Virus record (IMG/VR): IMGVR_UViG_3300031260_000091
Location: 1-29,476 of that record
Source of the DNA: a virus
Taxonomy: Duplodnaviria > Caudoviricetes
Reading direction: 5' to 3' (one strand)
DNA: 29,476 nucleotides
The position numbers and the translations under genes were made by a program. The notes beneath the pieces were generated by a model, which was not told the origin of the DNA, did no database searches, and saw nothing but the letters and a program-made list of their open reading frames with translations. Below are positions 17,930 to 26,292 of the stretch, one piece after another; position 1 is the first letter of the stretch; every line of letters begins with the position of its first letter.

Positions 17930-18029
17930 GCCGCCGGGATCATGCGCCTGGGCAGCCCCGTCCAGCCCAGACCTCCAGGTCTGGACCCGTCCCGTGACCA
18001 CGCGGCTGGAGGCGGCGTACGGACCGGCC
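17930..18029. promoter_or_regulatory. Divergent late promoter region with a central palindrome
   Basis: 100-bp gap between divergent genes. CCAGACCT-cc-AGGTCTGG at 17967-17984; CATGAT -10-like box (17939-17944, minus strand) 9 nt before the protease ATG. Confidence 0.6.
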
Positions 18030-19166
18030 ATGGACATCGATCTCGTGAAAAGCCTCCCTGCCGTCGCCTCCGTCCTGGATCAGGATGCCGACTGCCGCCC
18101 CTGGCCCATCCTCCCGTCCCGCTTGGCCGCCCTGAGCCTGGCCGAGCCCACCCATGCCCGGGCCATCGAGCTCAAGGCCCACGGCGTGACCGGTGGGGGG
18201 CTGACCGGTACCGGCGCCGATAAGGCCATCGCTGCCTTGGGCGGCCAGCAGGCCCTCACCGACATCGCCCTGGACCTGGAGACCTACGGCAACGCCTTTC
18301 TGGAGCGGGTGCGCGCCGGCCAAAAGCTCGTGGGGCTCCAGCGGCTGCCTGCCTGGAGCATGAGCCGCCGGGTGGGTGGAGGCTTTCGCCAGCGCCTCTG
18401 GGACGGGCAGAAAGAGATCCGGCGCGACTTTGCCGAGGATCAGGTGCTCATGATCCGCATGCCCACCAGCCAGCCCGGCTGGTACGGTGTGCCCACCTGG
18501 GCGGCCGCCGCGGGGCTCATCGACATGCTCGAGGCCATTGCCGCCTACAACGCGCGCTTCTTCCAGCACCACGCCGTGCCCGATCACATCATCACGGTCT
18601 CTGGCGGCACCCTCTCCGACGCCCAGAAAGAGGCCCTGCGCCGCTTTTTTCAAACCGACTTCAAAGGGCTCGAAAACAGCCGGAAAACCCTCTTCGTCGC
18701 CCTCTCCGAGGGCCAGACCCTCGAGATCAAACCCGTGGCCCAGGACAACGACGGCCGCTTCATCGAGCTCTACAAGGCCGCCCGCGAGACCCTGCCTGCT
18801 GCCCACGGCGTGCCGCCCAGGCTCTTGGGGCTAGCCACCCCCGGAGCACTGGGGGGCCTCAGTGAGGCGGCCACCCAGATGCACATGTTCGAGGTCTTCA
18901 CCCTGCGCCCCCGCCGTCGGCTGCTCCTGGATGCCCTGCGGGCCGACCTGGCGGCGCTGGGGGCGGCTGCAGTGGAGCTCGCCCCGGTGGACCTCACCCC
19001 GCCGGGGCAGGACATCGCGGCCCTGCCCCAGATGGTGGCTGCCGGCATCATGACGCCGGAGGAAGCGCGCGCCTGGATCGACCTGCCGGTCAAGGCCGAA
19101 AAGTCCCTCGACGCCCCCTTGGCGGCCGCGCTCCTGGCAGCCCTCGGAGGGGGCCATGCGGGGTAA
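18030..19166 (+). CDS. Portal protein (PBSX/P2 gpQ family)
   Basis: DLETYGNAFLE, WYGVP.W, YNARFF and AAHGVPPRLLG motifs. Confidence 0.92.
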   Translation: MDIDLVKSLPAVASVLDQDADCRPWPILPSRLAALSLAEPTHARAIELKAHGVTGGGLTGTGADKAIAALGGQQALTDIALDLETYGNAFLERVRAGQKLVGLQRLPAWSMSRRVGGGFRQRLWDGQKEIRRDFAEDQVLMIRMPTSQPGWYGVPTWAAAAGLIDMLEAIAAYNARFFQHHAVPDHIITVSGGTLSDAQKEALRRFFQTDFKGLENSRKTLFVALSEGQTLEIKPVAQDNDGRFIELYKAARETLPAAHGVPPRLLGLATPGALGGLSEAATQMHMFEVFTLRPRRRLLLDALRADLAALGAAAVELAPVDLTPPGQDIAALPQMVAAGIMTPEEARAWIDLPVKAEKSLDAPLAAALLAALGGGHAG

Positions 19167-20940
19167 ACCCATCGACCATACCACCGCCAAGGCCATCGCC
19201 GATGCCCTCAAGCGCGGCGTGCCCGTGGGCGTCATCGCCGACCAGTACGGCATCTCCCGCCGTACCGTCTCCGGCATCGCCACCCGCTACCTCGGCCCGG
19301 CCCTGCACCGGGGCCGCCGCCCCCGGCTGGACGACGAGACCAAGCTGGAGGCCCGCTCCCGCTACCTCCGAGGCGAGCCGCCCTGGCTCATCGCCAAGGC
19401 CCTGGGCCGCTGCGTGGACAGCATCCACCGCTGGGCCCGCGACTACGGCTGGAAGGAAGAGCTGGCCCGCATCCGCCAGACCCCGGACGCCCTCCTGGAA
19501 GAGATCGCCCGGGCCACAGCCCTGCTGGCCCACGCCAAAGGCAAGGACGCCGACCGCCTGGCCAAGCGCATCCGCATGCTCCAAAAGGCCCATGCCGGAC
19601 TGCTGCGCACCTGTCCGCGGCCCAAAGACATCCCGCGCGTCCACCACGCCCAGCATGCCGAGCTCCTCGCGCGCGCCATCGCCGACGACTACGGGCTCCT
19701 GCCTTACCAGCGCGCCTTCCTCATGGACGATGCCCGCTACCGCTGCGTGCTCAAGGCCCGCCAGATCGGCTTCACCTACATCATCGGCCTCTCGGTGGTC
19801 CTGGGCCTGGCTGCCGGCCGCGACCAGGTGATCGTCTCCGCCTCCGAAGACCAGGCCAAGCTCGTCATGGCCCATGTGCGCGGTCATGCCGAAAAACTGG
19901 GGCTGGAAATCGCCGACGACACCGACCGCGCCATCAGGATCAACGGCTCCACCGCCACCGCCTTGTCCACCAACTGGCGCACCGCCCAAGGCTACACCGG
20001 CGATGTGTGGTTCGACGAATTCGCCTGGGCCCCGCGGCCCGATGCCCTCTGGGGGGCGATCGTCCCGGCCATCACCCGGGTGGGCGGCCGCATCACCGTC
20101 TGCTCCACCCCGTGGGTACCCGGCAACCTCTTCTGGAAGATCGCCACCAACTACCAGGGAAAATGGGCGCACTTCACCCGCACGCGCATCACCATCCACG
20201 ACGCCATTGCCCAGGGCATGCCCGTGCCCGGCGGCCTGGAGGAGCTGCGCCTCAACTTCGACGCCGCCACCTGGATGATGTTTTATGAGTGCCAGTGGGC
20301 CGAAGAGGAGGGTGCCTTGCTCTCCTGGGCGCTCCTTGATGCGCTGGCCGGCGACCTGCCTGCGCCGACGGGCAAGCGCCGCGGTGAGGCCCCGCGCTTT
20401 GGCCGCGTGCGCATCGGCATCGACCTTGGGCGCGTGGCCGACCGCACGGTGATCGTGGTGGTGGGTGAGGCCATGGACCCCGTGGCCGATGCCTTCACCG
20501 GCCACTTTCGCGTGCTCCACTGGGAGAGCCTGCACGGCGCCGACTTTGCGACTCAAAGGGCCGCCATCGAAGCGGCCATGGCCCGCTGGCTGCCCGAGCG
20601 CGTCGACATCGACCGCACCGGCTTGGGCTGGCAGCTGGCCGAAGAGCTGGCCAAAGCCCACCCTGGAGTGGTCGTGCCGAGAAGCTTCAGCGCGCCCATG
20701 AAAGAGCGCCTCGCCCTGGGCCTGTTGCGCCTCGCGGAACAAAAGCGCCTCTCCATCCCGCGCGATGCCACCTTCATGGCTTCACTTCACGCCGTGCGCC
20801 GCCTGCCCGCCGGGCAATCCATCAAATACGACGCCCCGCGCGATGCCTCAGGCCACGGCGACGCCTTCTGGGCACTGGCCCTGGCCCTGGATGGTGTCAC
20901 GCCGGTGAGCCGCAATACCGAAATCGAACTCTGGGGGTAA
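19156..20940 (+). CDS. Terminase large subunit with two N-terminal HTH domains
   Basis: Walker A LKARQIGFT, Walker B VWFDEFAW, nuclease IGIDLGR..D.T and GHGDAFWA; HTH motifs in roughly the first 100 residues. Confidence 0.93.
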   Translation: MRGKPIDHTTAKAIADALKRGVPVGVIADQYGISRRTVSGIATRYLGPALHRGRRPRLDDETKLEARSRYLRGEPPWLIAKALGRCVDSIHRWARDYGWKEELARIRQTPDALLEEIARATALLAHAKGKDADRLAKRIRMLQKAHAGLLRTCPRPKDIPRVHHAQHAELLARAIADDYGLLPYQRAFLMDDARYRCVLKARQIGFTYIIGLSVVLGLAAGRDQVIVSASEDQAKLVMAHVRGHAEKLGLEIADDTDRAIRINGSTATALSTNWRTAQGYTGDVWFDEFAWAPRPDALWGAIVPAITRVGGRITVCSTPWVPGNLFWKIATNYQGKWAHFTRTRITIHDAIAQGMPVPGGLEELRLNFDAATWMMFYECQWAEEEGALLSWALLDALAGDLPAPTGKRRGEAPRFGRVRIGIDLGRVADRTVIVVVGEAMDPVADAFTGHFRVLHWESLHGADFATQRAAIEAAMARWLPERVDIDRTGLGWQLAEELAKAHPGVVVPRSFSAPMKERLALGLLRLAEQKRLSIPRDATFMASLHAVRRLPAGQSIKYDAPRDASGHGDAFWALALALDGVTPVSRNTEIELWG

Positions 20941-20943
20941 GCC

Positions 20944-21378
20944 ATGTCCCACCTCTCCCGCGTCATCGTCGCCCAACTGGCCGAATACCTGCGCGATCTG
21001 GCCACCGACCAGGGCCGCATCCCGTTTGCCACCGGGCAGCTGCGCAAGTCCCTCACCAGCCAGGTCCTCTCCGACACCGAAGCGGTGGTCGGCACCAACC
21101 TCTTTTATGCCCGCTTTGTGCACGACGGCACCGGCCTCTACGGGCCCATGCGCCGCAAGATCGGCCCCAAGACCAAAAAGGCCCTCTACTGGAAAGGTGC
21201 CGCCCACCCGGTGAAATCCGTCAAGGGCATGCCCGCGCGCCCCTTTCTCGCCCAGGCCGCCGAAGAGATGGCCCGCCGGCCCTTACCGCCCCTGATCCGC
21301 AAGACCGTGGGCGATGCCGTCGCCCGCGAGATCGAGGCGCAACTGCGCAAAACCGGACTGGAGGTCAAACGGTCATGA
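20944..21378 (+). CDS. Virion morphogenesis protein (Mu gpG/HK97 gp10-like)
   Basis: TGQLRKS, VGTNLFYARFVHDGT and GMPARPFL motifs. Confidence 0.85.
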   Translation: MSHLSRVIVAQLAEYLRDLATDQGRIPFATGQLRKSLTSQVLSDTEAVVGTNLFYARFVHDGTGLYGPMRRKIGPKTKKALYWKGAAHPVKSVKGMPARPFLAQAAEEMARRPLPPLIRKTVGDAVAREIEAQLRKTGLEVKRS

Positions 21379-21857
21379 ACCGGCACCTGATCGCAAGCCT
21401 CGGCGCCTCGGCCATTGCCGTGGCCATGATCGCCGGATTTGAAGGCTACCGCAACCGCGCCTACGAAGACGGAGCGGGCATACAGACCGTTGGCTTCGGC
21501 TCCACCCGCATCGACGGCCGCCCCGTGCAAAAGGGCGACACCCTAAGCCCAGAGCGCGCCGTGGTGCAGCTGGCCCAAGACGCCGACAAGATCGCCCGGG
21601 AACTCGCCCGCTGCTTAGGTCCCGTTCCCCTTGCCCGCCACGAGTGGGACGCCTACGTCTCCTGGGCCTACAACGTGGGGGCTAAGGCTGCCTGCCGCTC
21701 CACGCTCGTCAAAAAGCTCCGCCAGACCCCGCCCGACTACGAGGGCGCCTGCCGCGAGCTCCTCAAATGGACTCGTGCCGGTGGCCGCGAGCTGCCGGGG
21801 CTCAAAAAGCGCCGTGAGGCCGAATACCGTATGTGCATGGGAGGCAGCGATGGATGA
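21375..21857 (+). CDS. Endolysin, GH24 lysozyme, probably SAR type
   Basis: E-x8-D-x5-T catalytic triad (EGYRNRAYEDGAGIQT), YNVG, LPGLKKRREAE; weakly hydrophobic N-terminus. Confidence 0.93.
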   Translation: MNRHLIASLGASAIAVAMIAGFEGYRNRAYEDGAGIQTVGFGSTRIDGRPVQKGDTLSPERAVVQLAQDADKIARELARCLGPVPLARHEWDAYVSWAYNVGAKAACRSTLVKKLRQTPPDYEGACRELLKWTRAGGRELPGLKKRREAEYRMCMGGSDG

Positions 21858-22029
21858 AGCCGACCGCGCCCAAGCGGCCGTAGAGTTTTTGCTCCACCTG
21901 GCCTTGCGCCAGCGCAACACCGACTCCCCCAAGGCCACCGGCGTGTGCCTGTGGTGCGGCGAGGAGCTGCCCGACGGCCGGCGCTGGTGCTCCCCTGAGT
22001 GTCGTGATGCCTGGGAGGTGGACCCATGA
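21850..22029 (+). CDS. Small DksA/TraR-like C4 zinc-finger protein
   Basis: DEADRAQ...CLWCGEEL....RWCSPECRD; coupled to both neighbours. Confidence 0.75.
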   Translation: MDEADRAQAAVEFLLHLALRQRNTDSPKATGVCLWCGEELPDGRRWCSPECRDAWEVDP

Positions 22030-22571
22030 TCCTCACCATTGCCCGCTACCTCATCCCCGCCCTCATGGGCGCTGCGGCCGCGTGGACCATCCAGGGCTGG
22101 CGGCTGGACGCCGCCGCAAGCCGCCACGCCGCAGAGCTCGCCGAGCTGCGCGCCGCGGCCGAAGCCGAGCGCGCCGCAGCAGAAGCCGAAGCCCGCACGC
22201 GCCTGGAGGCGGCCCAGAAAAAGGCCGCTGCGGCCGTGCAGCGTCAAAGCCGCTTGGAAGTTCGTTTGAAGGAGGAACAAGCCCGTGCCAAAGCCGCACT
22301 CCATGCCATCCCTGACCGTCCTTGCCTTGGCAGCGAGCATCTCGGCCTGCTCGCACAATCCCCCGGCCTTACCATCAGCCCCGTGCCCCAAGCCCCCGGA
22401 GGCACTGCTCGCGCCGCTGCCGGACCTTCCCCCCATCCCGGTCCAGAGGCTGAAGACCTCACCAGCACCGAGCGCGCCATCAGCGGGTGGATGATGGACG
22501 CCGCCGCCCTCTATGAGACCTGCCGCAGCCGCATCCATGCCATCCGGCAGTGGGCGGAGCAGGCGAACTGA
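22026..22571 (+). CDS. Rz: Inner-membrane spanin (Rz-like)
   Basis: N-terminal TM segment, W.IQGWRL, long coiled coil, C-terminal YETC; near the endolysin. Confidence 0.8.
   Translation: MILTIARYLIPALMGAAAAWTIQGWRLDAAASRHAAELAELRAAAEAERAAAEAEARTRLEAAQKKAAAAVQRQSRLEVRLKEEQARAKAALHAIPDRPCLGSEHLGLLAQSPGLTISPVPQAPGGTARAAAGPSPHPGPEAEDLTSTERAISGWMMDAAALYETCRSRIHAIRQWAEQAN
22285..22494 (+). CDS. Rz1: Outer-membrane spanin lipoprotein embedded in Rz (+1 frame)
   Basis: GGAGGA RBS at 22271-22276, signal peptide with lipobox ISA-C, Pro-rich mature region. Confidence 0.75.
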   Translation: MPKPHSMPSLTVLALAASISACSHNPPALPSAPCPKPPEALLAPLPDLPPIPVQRLKTSPAPSAPSAGG

Positions 22572-22575
22572 CGCC

Positions 22576-22956
22576 TCACCACTGGCTGGACGGCCGCCAC
22601 CACCAGTGCGAGTCCGGAATCTCCGGCACCCGGCCCGCGTCGTCGGTAATCCAGCCGGAGAGCTCGTCGCGGGTTTGACGCGCGTGCGCGTAACGGAACA
22701 TGTGATCGAACGCTTTGGGGTGTGCGCGCCACTGCCGATCGGCGGCAAGCATCATCTCCAGCGCCTTAGCGGGCAACTTCTGGCCGTCGTCGAACAGCAT
22801 CTGCAGCGCCGAGCGGGCGCGCAACACCTCCTCATCCACCACCGCAAAGCCGCCCTCGTCCCACCAGTCGATGGCCTCCTCATCGACCTCCGTTGCCCAA
22901 GAAAGCCGCTCCACCATGAAAGCCACCGCCTCGTCGAAATCCAGCACCGTTCTCAT
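22576..22956 (-). CDS. Putative immunity protein for the MuF C-terminal domain
   Basis: ATGA overlap with the MuF stop; acidic 126-aa protein ending IPDSHWWW. Confidence 0.6.
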   Translation of the reverse strand: MRTVLDFDEAVAFMVERLSWATEVDEEAIDWWDEGGFAVVDEEVLRARSALQMLFDDGQKLPAKALEMMLAADRQWRAHPKAFDHMFRYAHARQTRDELSGWITDDAGRVPEIPDSHWWWRPSSQW

Positions 22957-24272
22957 CGCCACCACCTCATGATCCCGCGCGCCTTGGGCTGCGGAATCGG
23001 CTGCACGTCATAGACGCGTTCGTTCTCGATCCCGCGCCGGATGTGCAGCGTCACGATGCGGGCACGATCCAGATTGACCACCGCCACCCGAACCCGGTCG
23101 CCCTTGTAAGGCGTAAAGAATAGCGCCAAAAGCTGCCCCTGGGCCATGGCCAGCGCCACCTCGCGCCCGCCGCGCCGGATCAGATCGAGCGCCGCCTGGT
23201 TGTAATCGGTGATCCCCGAATGGGCATGCTTCATGTGCCGCTTGAGATTCCCTGCATCCCATTTAGCCTGCATCGCCAGCTCGATGAGCTTCTCGACATC
23301 CTCGCGCCTGGCCGGCTCGCGCTGCAAGGTCGCCAGCCGTGCCCGCTCGAGCGGGTCTTGCACATCCTGCGGATCCTCCCCCAGCCAGGCCACGGTGATC
23401 GTCCGGCACCGATAGTGGTAGGGCGGCAGGCCCACATTCTCCGGCAAGGCCCCATGGATGGCCACCTGGGCGTCCCCCAGAGGCCAGACCTCCCGCGCCA
23501 TATCCAGCCGACCCCGCGCCGCTGCCTCCAAATACCGATCCCGCTGCGCCACCACCGTCTCCAGCCGGATGAGCCGGCCATGCAAGGAGCGGCACAACGG
23601 GGTGGTGCGCTCATCCAGCCGGGCCTGCACCTGCACATAGCGCACCCCTGCCTGTTGGTAGCCGGAAATCCGCCCCATCTCGCGGGTTTTGGTCGCCATC
23701 GTATCGGCCGCCAGCTCCCAGTAGCGCATCCCGGCCTCATGCACCCCGACCATGGCCTCGCGCAAGGCCGCCGCCAGCTGCTCATAGGTCTGGCCCTGGG
23801 CAAAATACTCGGCCACGGCCTCGGAGAGCTGGGCCCGGGTGAACCGGTCCCAATGGCTGGACACCCAAAACAGGTCCCCCCGCCGCGCCAAGGCCAGCGC
23901 CTCCTGATCCACCAGATCAAAGCGGTAGTCCACCCCGGCGCTCCCGGCCCCCTCACGGCCGCCCACCCGCCAGATGGCCTCCCCCAGCACCGTCACCGGC
24001 CCATCCAAGAGCCGCGCCATCGCCTGTGGGCCCACCTCCGCCTCGAACGCGGCCAGAATCTCGGCTTCCGCCTCCCGAGAAAACCGCGCCGGCCCGATCT
24101 CCTCGAGCCGGCGCATGCACCTTCCCACCGCCTCCTGGTGCCCCACGCTCCAGGCACGCGTATATGCCGCCGTGAGCTTCTCCACCAGCGCCTCATACGC
24201 CCGCTGGTCTTTGAGGAGGATCTGGATCAACCGCTCCTGGATCTCCCCATACATCTCCGTCCCACTCTTCAT
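22953..24272 (-). CDS. MuF (SPP1 gp7-like) minor head protein with a C-terminal extension, putative toxin
   Basis: LDERTTPLCRSLHG and PPYHYRCRT MuF motifs, then about 140 extra residues including LKRHMKH...Y...A.DLI. Confidence 0.85.
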   Translation of the reverse strand: MKSGTEMYGEIQERLIQILLKDQRAYEALVEKLTAAYTRAWSVGHQEAVGRCMRRLEEIGPARFSREAEAEILAAFEAEVGPQAMARLLDGPVTVLGEAIWRVGGREGAGSAGVDYRFDLVDQEALALARRGDLFWVSSHWDRFTRAQLSEAVAEYFAQGQTYEQLAAALREAMVGVHEAGMRYWELAADTMATKTREMGRISGYQQAGVRYVQVQARLDERTTPLCRSLHGRLIRLETVVAQRDRYLEAAARGRLDMAREVWPLGDAQVAIHGALPENVGLPPYHYRCRTITVAWLGEDPQDVQDPLERARLATLQREPARREDVEKLIELAMQAKWDAGNLKRHMKHAHSGITDYNQAALDLIRRGGREVALAMAQGQLLALFFTPYKGDRVRVAVVNLDRARIVTLHIRRGIENERVYDVQPIPQPKARGIMRWWR

Positions 24273-24399
24273 GAGTCCTCCACCGCACACCGCAGTTGGC
24301 GCAGCGCCGCCAGCGCCGCACCATCCCCGGCACCACATAGTCCAGTCGCCGTGTGGCATACACCAACACCCTGGGTGACCCACATGCCGGGCAGCGCAT
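24193..24399 (-). CDS. Zinc-ribbon protein (Ogr/Delta- or NrdR-N-like); candidate late activator
   Basis: MRCPACGS...V..TR...VRRWRRCANCGVRWRTHE; GGAGG RBS and TGATG coupling. Confidence 0.72.
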   Translation of the reverse strand: MRCPACGSPRVLVYATRRLDYVVPGMVRRWRRCANCGVRWRTHEEWDGDVWGDPGAVDPDPPQRPAGV

Positions 24400-24524
24400 C
24401 ACAGCCTCCGCAGCATGGCCCGCACCCGAGCCACCATCTCCAGCGCCCGCTCCCGCGCCGCCTCGCACTCGCTCCATGCCCACAGAGATGCCTCCGTATG
24501 ACACACCGGACACCGCATCCTCAT
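24399..24524 (-). CDS. Small CxxC protein, possibly truncated
   Basis: MRMRCPVCHTEASLWAW..; strong GGAGGAGG RBS; coupled on both sides. Confidence 0.6.
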   Translation of the reverse strand: MRMRCPVCHTEASLWAWSECEAARERALEMVARVRAMLRRL

Positions 24525-24931
24525 AGAACCTCCTCCTGACGCTTGCGCTTCTGCCAATAGGTGAGCGCCGCCACGATCTTGCGCAGGGTGGGCTCCGGCA
24601 CCCACTCCAGCCGATCTACCGGGATGCCCAGCATCTGCCGGGCAATCCCCAAGGCATACTGCGGGAAGGGATACCCCGCGGACAGACACTGGGCCGCGAT
24701 CTTGCGCAGCAGCGGGCTGCGGCTGCGCGGAGCCGTCTGCCACACCCCGGTGCCCATGCGCTGGTAGTGCTGGATGAGGCGCTGCAGCTCCTCAGCACTC
24801 ATCTGCGCACACGACGCCTTGCCCACCACCGCCTGCTGCACCCACCGGCGCTCCTCCTCATCCAGGCCCAGCTGCGCCGCGGCCATGTGCGCCATGGCCA
24901 ACAGCCGCCGCCGATCTACTGGCCCCGCCAT
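24521..24931 (-). CDS. gemA: GemA (Mu gp16/DUF1018) family regulator
   Basis: RRRLLAMAHMA..QLGLDEE..R.......GKASCAQMS..EL and LLRKI.A motifs. Confidence 0.85.
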   Translation of the reverse strand: MAGPVDRRRLLAMAHMAAAQLGLDEEERRWVQQAVVGKASCAQMSAEELQRLIQHYQRMGTGVWQTAPRSRSPLLRKIAAQCLSAGYPFPQYALGIARQMLGIPVDRLEWVPEPTLRKIVAALTYWQKRKRQEEVL

Positions 24932-25365
24932 GTCACCGCCTCGCTCACCTGGACCCCCAGGCAGGCCGCCACCGCCGCCTGCAAGGGCTCGTCCCCGTCA
25001 CAGCTCATGGCGATGAGCTTTTGGAGCGGCTTGTAGCGCACATCCACCTGCACCAGGTCCTGGAACCGGAACCCCAGCACCTCCCGCAGCCGCTCCGCAT
25101 CCTGCACCGTCACCGTCTGCCGACTGGTGAGGCTCACCCGGCACACCCCAGGGATCACCAGCGAGCACCCCGGGCCATGGGCCGCCAGCAGGGCGGCGTT
25201 GACCTCCTCCAGGCGCGCCTTGGCCTCTTCCAGTTGGCGCTTGGCCTTCCATCCGTCCAAGATCTGGCGCACCTCCCGGGCCGTGAGCGCCACCTCCTGA
25301 CCATCCACGATCTTCACCCCAGCAGGCACACCCACGTCCCGAGGGGCCGCTTTTGTCCGCGCCAT
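24916..25365 (-). CDS. Hypothetical early protein (Gam-like position and coiled coil)
   Basis: 149 aa after MuB with a GGAGGAG RBS; family not confidently recognised. Confidence 0.65.
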   Translation of the reverse strand: MARTKAAPRDVGVPAGVKIVDGQEVALTAREVRQILDGWKAKRQLEEAKARLEEVNAALLAAHGPGCSLVIPGVCRVSLTSRQTVTVQDAERLREVLGFRFQDLVQVDVRYKPLQKLIAMSCDGDEPLQAAVAACLGVQVSEAVTWRGQ

Positions 25366-25374
25366 ACGCTCCTC

Positions 25375-26283
25375 CTATGCTCCTTGCAGATCCTGCCATG
25401 CCGCCGCCACGTGGCGGCCCTCCACCTGCGCCTCACCAGCCATCATGGCCGCCAGGCGCGCCACTTTGACTACATTGCGCAGGGCCCCAGCCTTGCGCGC
25501 CACCCGCTCCAGCATATCCAGGGCACCACCGGTGATGCCAAAGGCATCGGCCAGGGCCCGCACATCCCGCTCCATAGGCTCCACCAGCCGCACCCGCTTG
25601 CCGATGCGGCTATAGAGCCGGTCCAGGTACGGCGCCCGGTTGCCCCCGGTCAGCCGAGCAAACACCATCTCGTTGCCCATCAGCGCCATGCCCACGCCCG
25701 TGGCATCGTGCACGGTCCTGAGGGCGTCCAGGGCCTGGGCCGACAGATGCTGCGCCTCATCGACGATGATCAGGCCCCCAGAGCCTGCCACCCGCTGGAT
25801 GATCAGCCGCAGGGTTTTGGCCGCACCCGTGGGCAGATCGCGCACCCCCAAGGCCATGGCCACTTCTTCCAAGGCCATGGCCACCCCGGAGCACGCCGGG
25901 TGCATGGTGGCCAGCCACACCGACGGGTAGCGGCGGGCATACTCCCGAGCCGCCGTGGTCTTGCCCAGACCCGCCCCGCCGTAGATGACCGCCATATCCC
26001 CGGCCATCTGGGCGTATCCCAAGGCCGCCATGATCCGCTCCGCCGTGGGTGTGGCCACAAAGGCCGGGGCCACCGGCATCTTGCCCACCACACCTTCCCG
26101 CTCGGCCACTGCCCGCACCCACGCGGCCAGCTTCTCCAGCTGCCGGCTGGGGTCCGCCGGGTAGGTGCCGGACAGGATCTGCGTCAGTGTCGCCGCACTC
26201 ATGCCCGCCTCCCGAGCCACCTGGGCCTGGGTCATCCCCAGCCGACCCATGGCCGTGCGCACCGCACCAAGGACGTCGTCCAT
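25375..26283 (-). CDS. muB: MuB-like transposition ATPase
   Basis: N-terminal HTH, Walker A GGAGLGKT, Walker B LIIVDEAQHL, LYSRIG; follows MuA. Confidence 0.95.
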   Translation of the reverse strand: MDDVLGAVRTAMGRLGMTQAQVAREAGMSAATLTQILSGTYPADPSRQLEKLAAWVRAVAEREGVVGKMPVAPAFVATPTAERIMAALGYAQMAGDMAVIYGGAGLGKTTAAREYARRYPSVWLATMHPACSGVAMALEEVAMALGVRDLPTGAAKTLRLIIQRVAGSGGLIIVDEAQHLSAQALDALRTVHDATGVGMALMGNEMVFARLTGGNRAPYLDRLYSRIGKRVRLVEPMERDVRALADAFGITGGALDMLERVARKAGALRNVVKVARLAAMMAGEAQVEGRHVAAAWQDLQGA

Positions 26284-26292
26284 ATCTCCTCC

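Noticed and set aside
15710-20742. Long ORFs 15710..16984 (+), 16383..17780 (+), 17940..18806 (-) and 19090..20742 (-)
   Set aside because: Antisense to the capsid, protease, portal and terminase genes.
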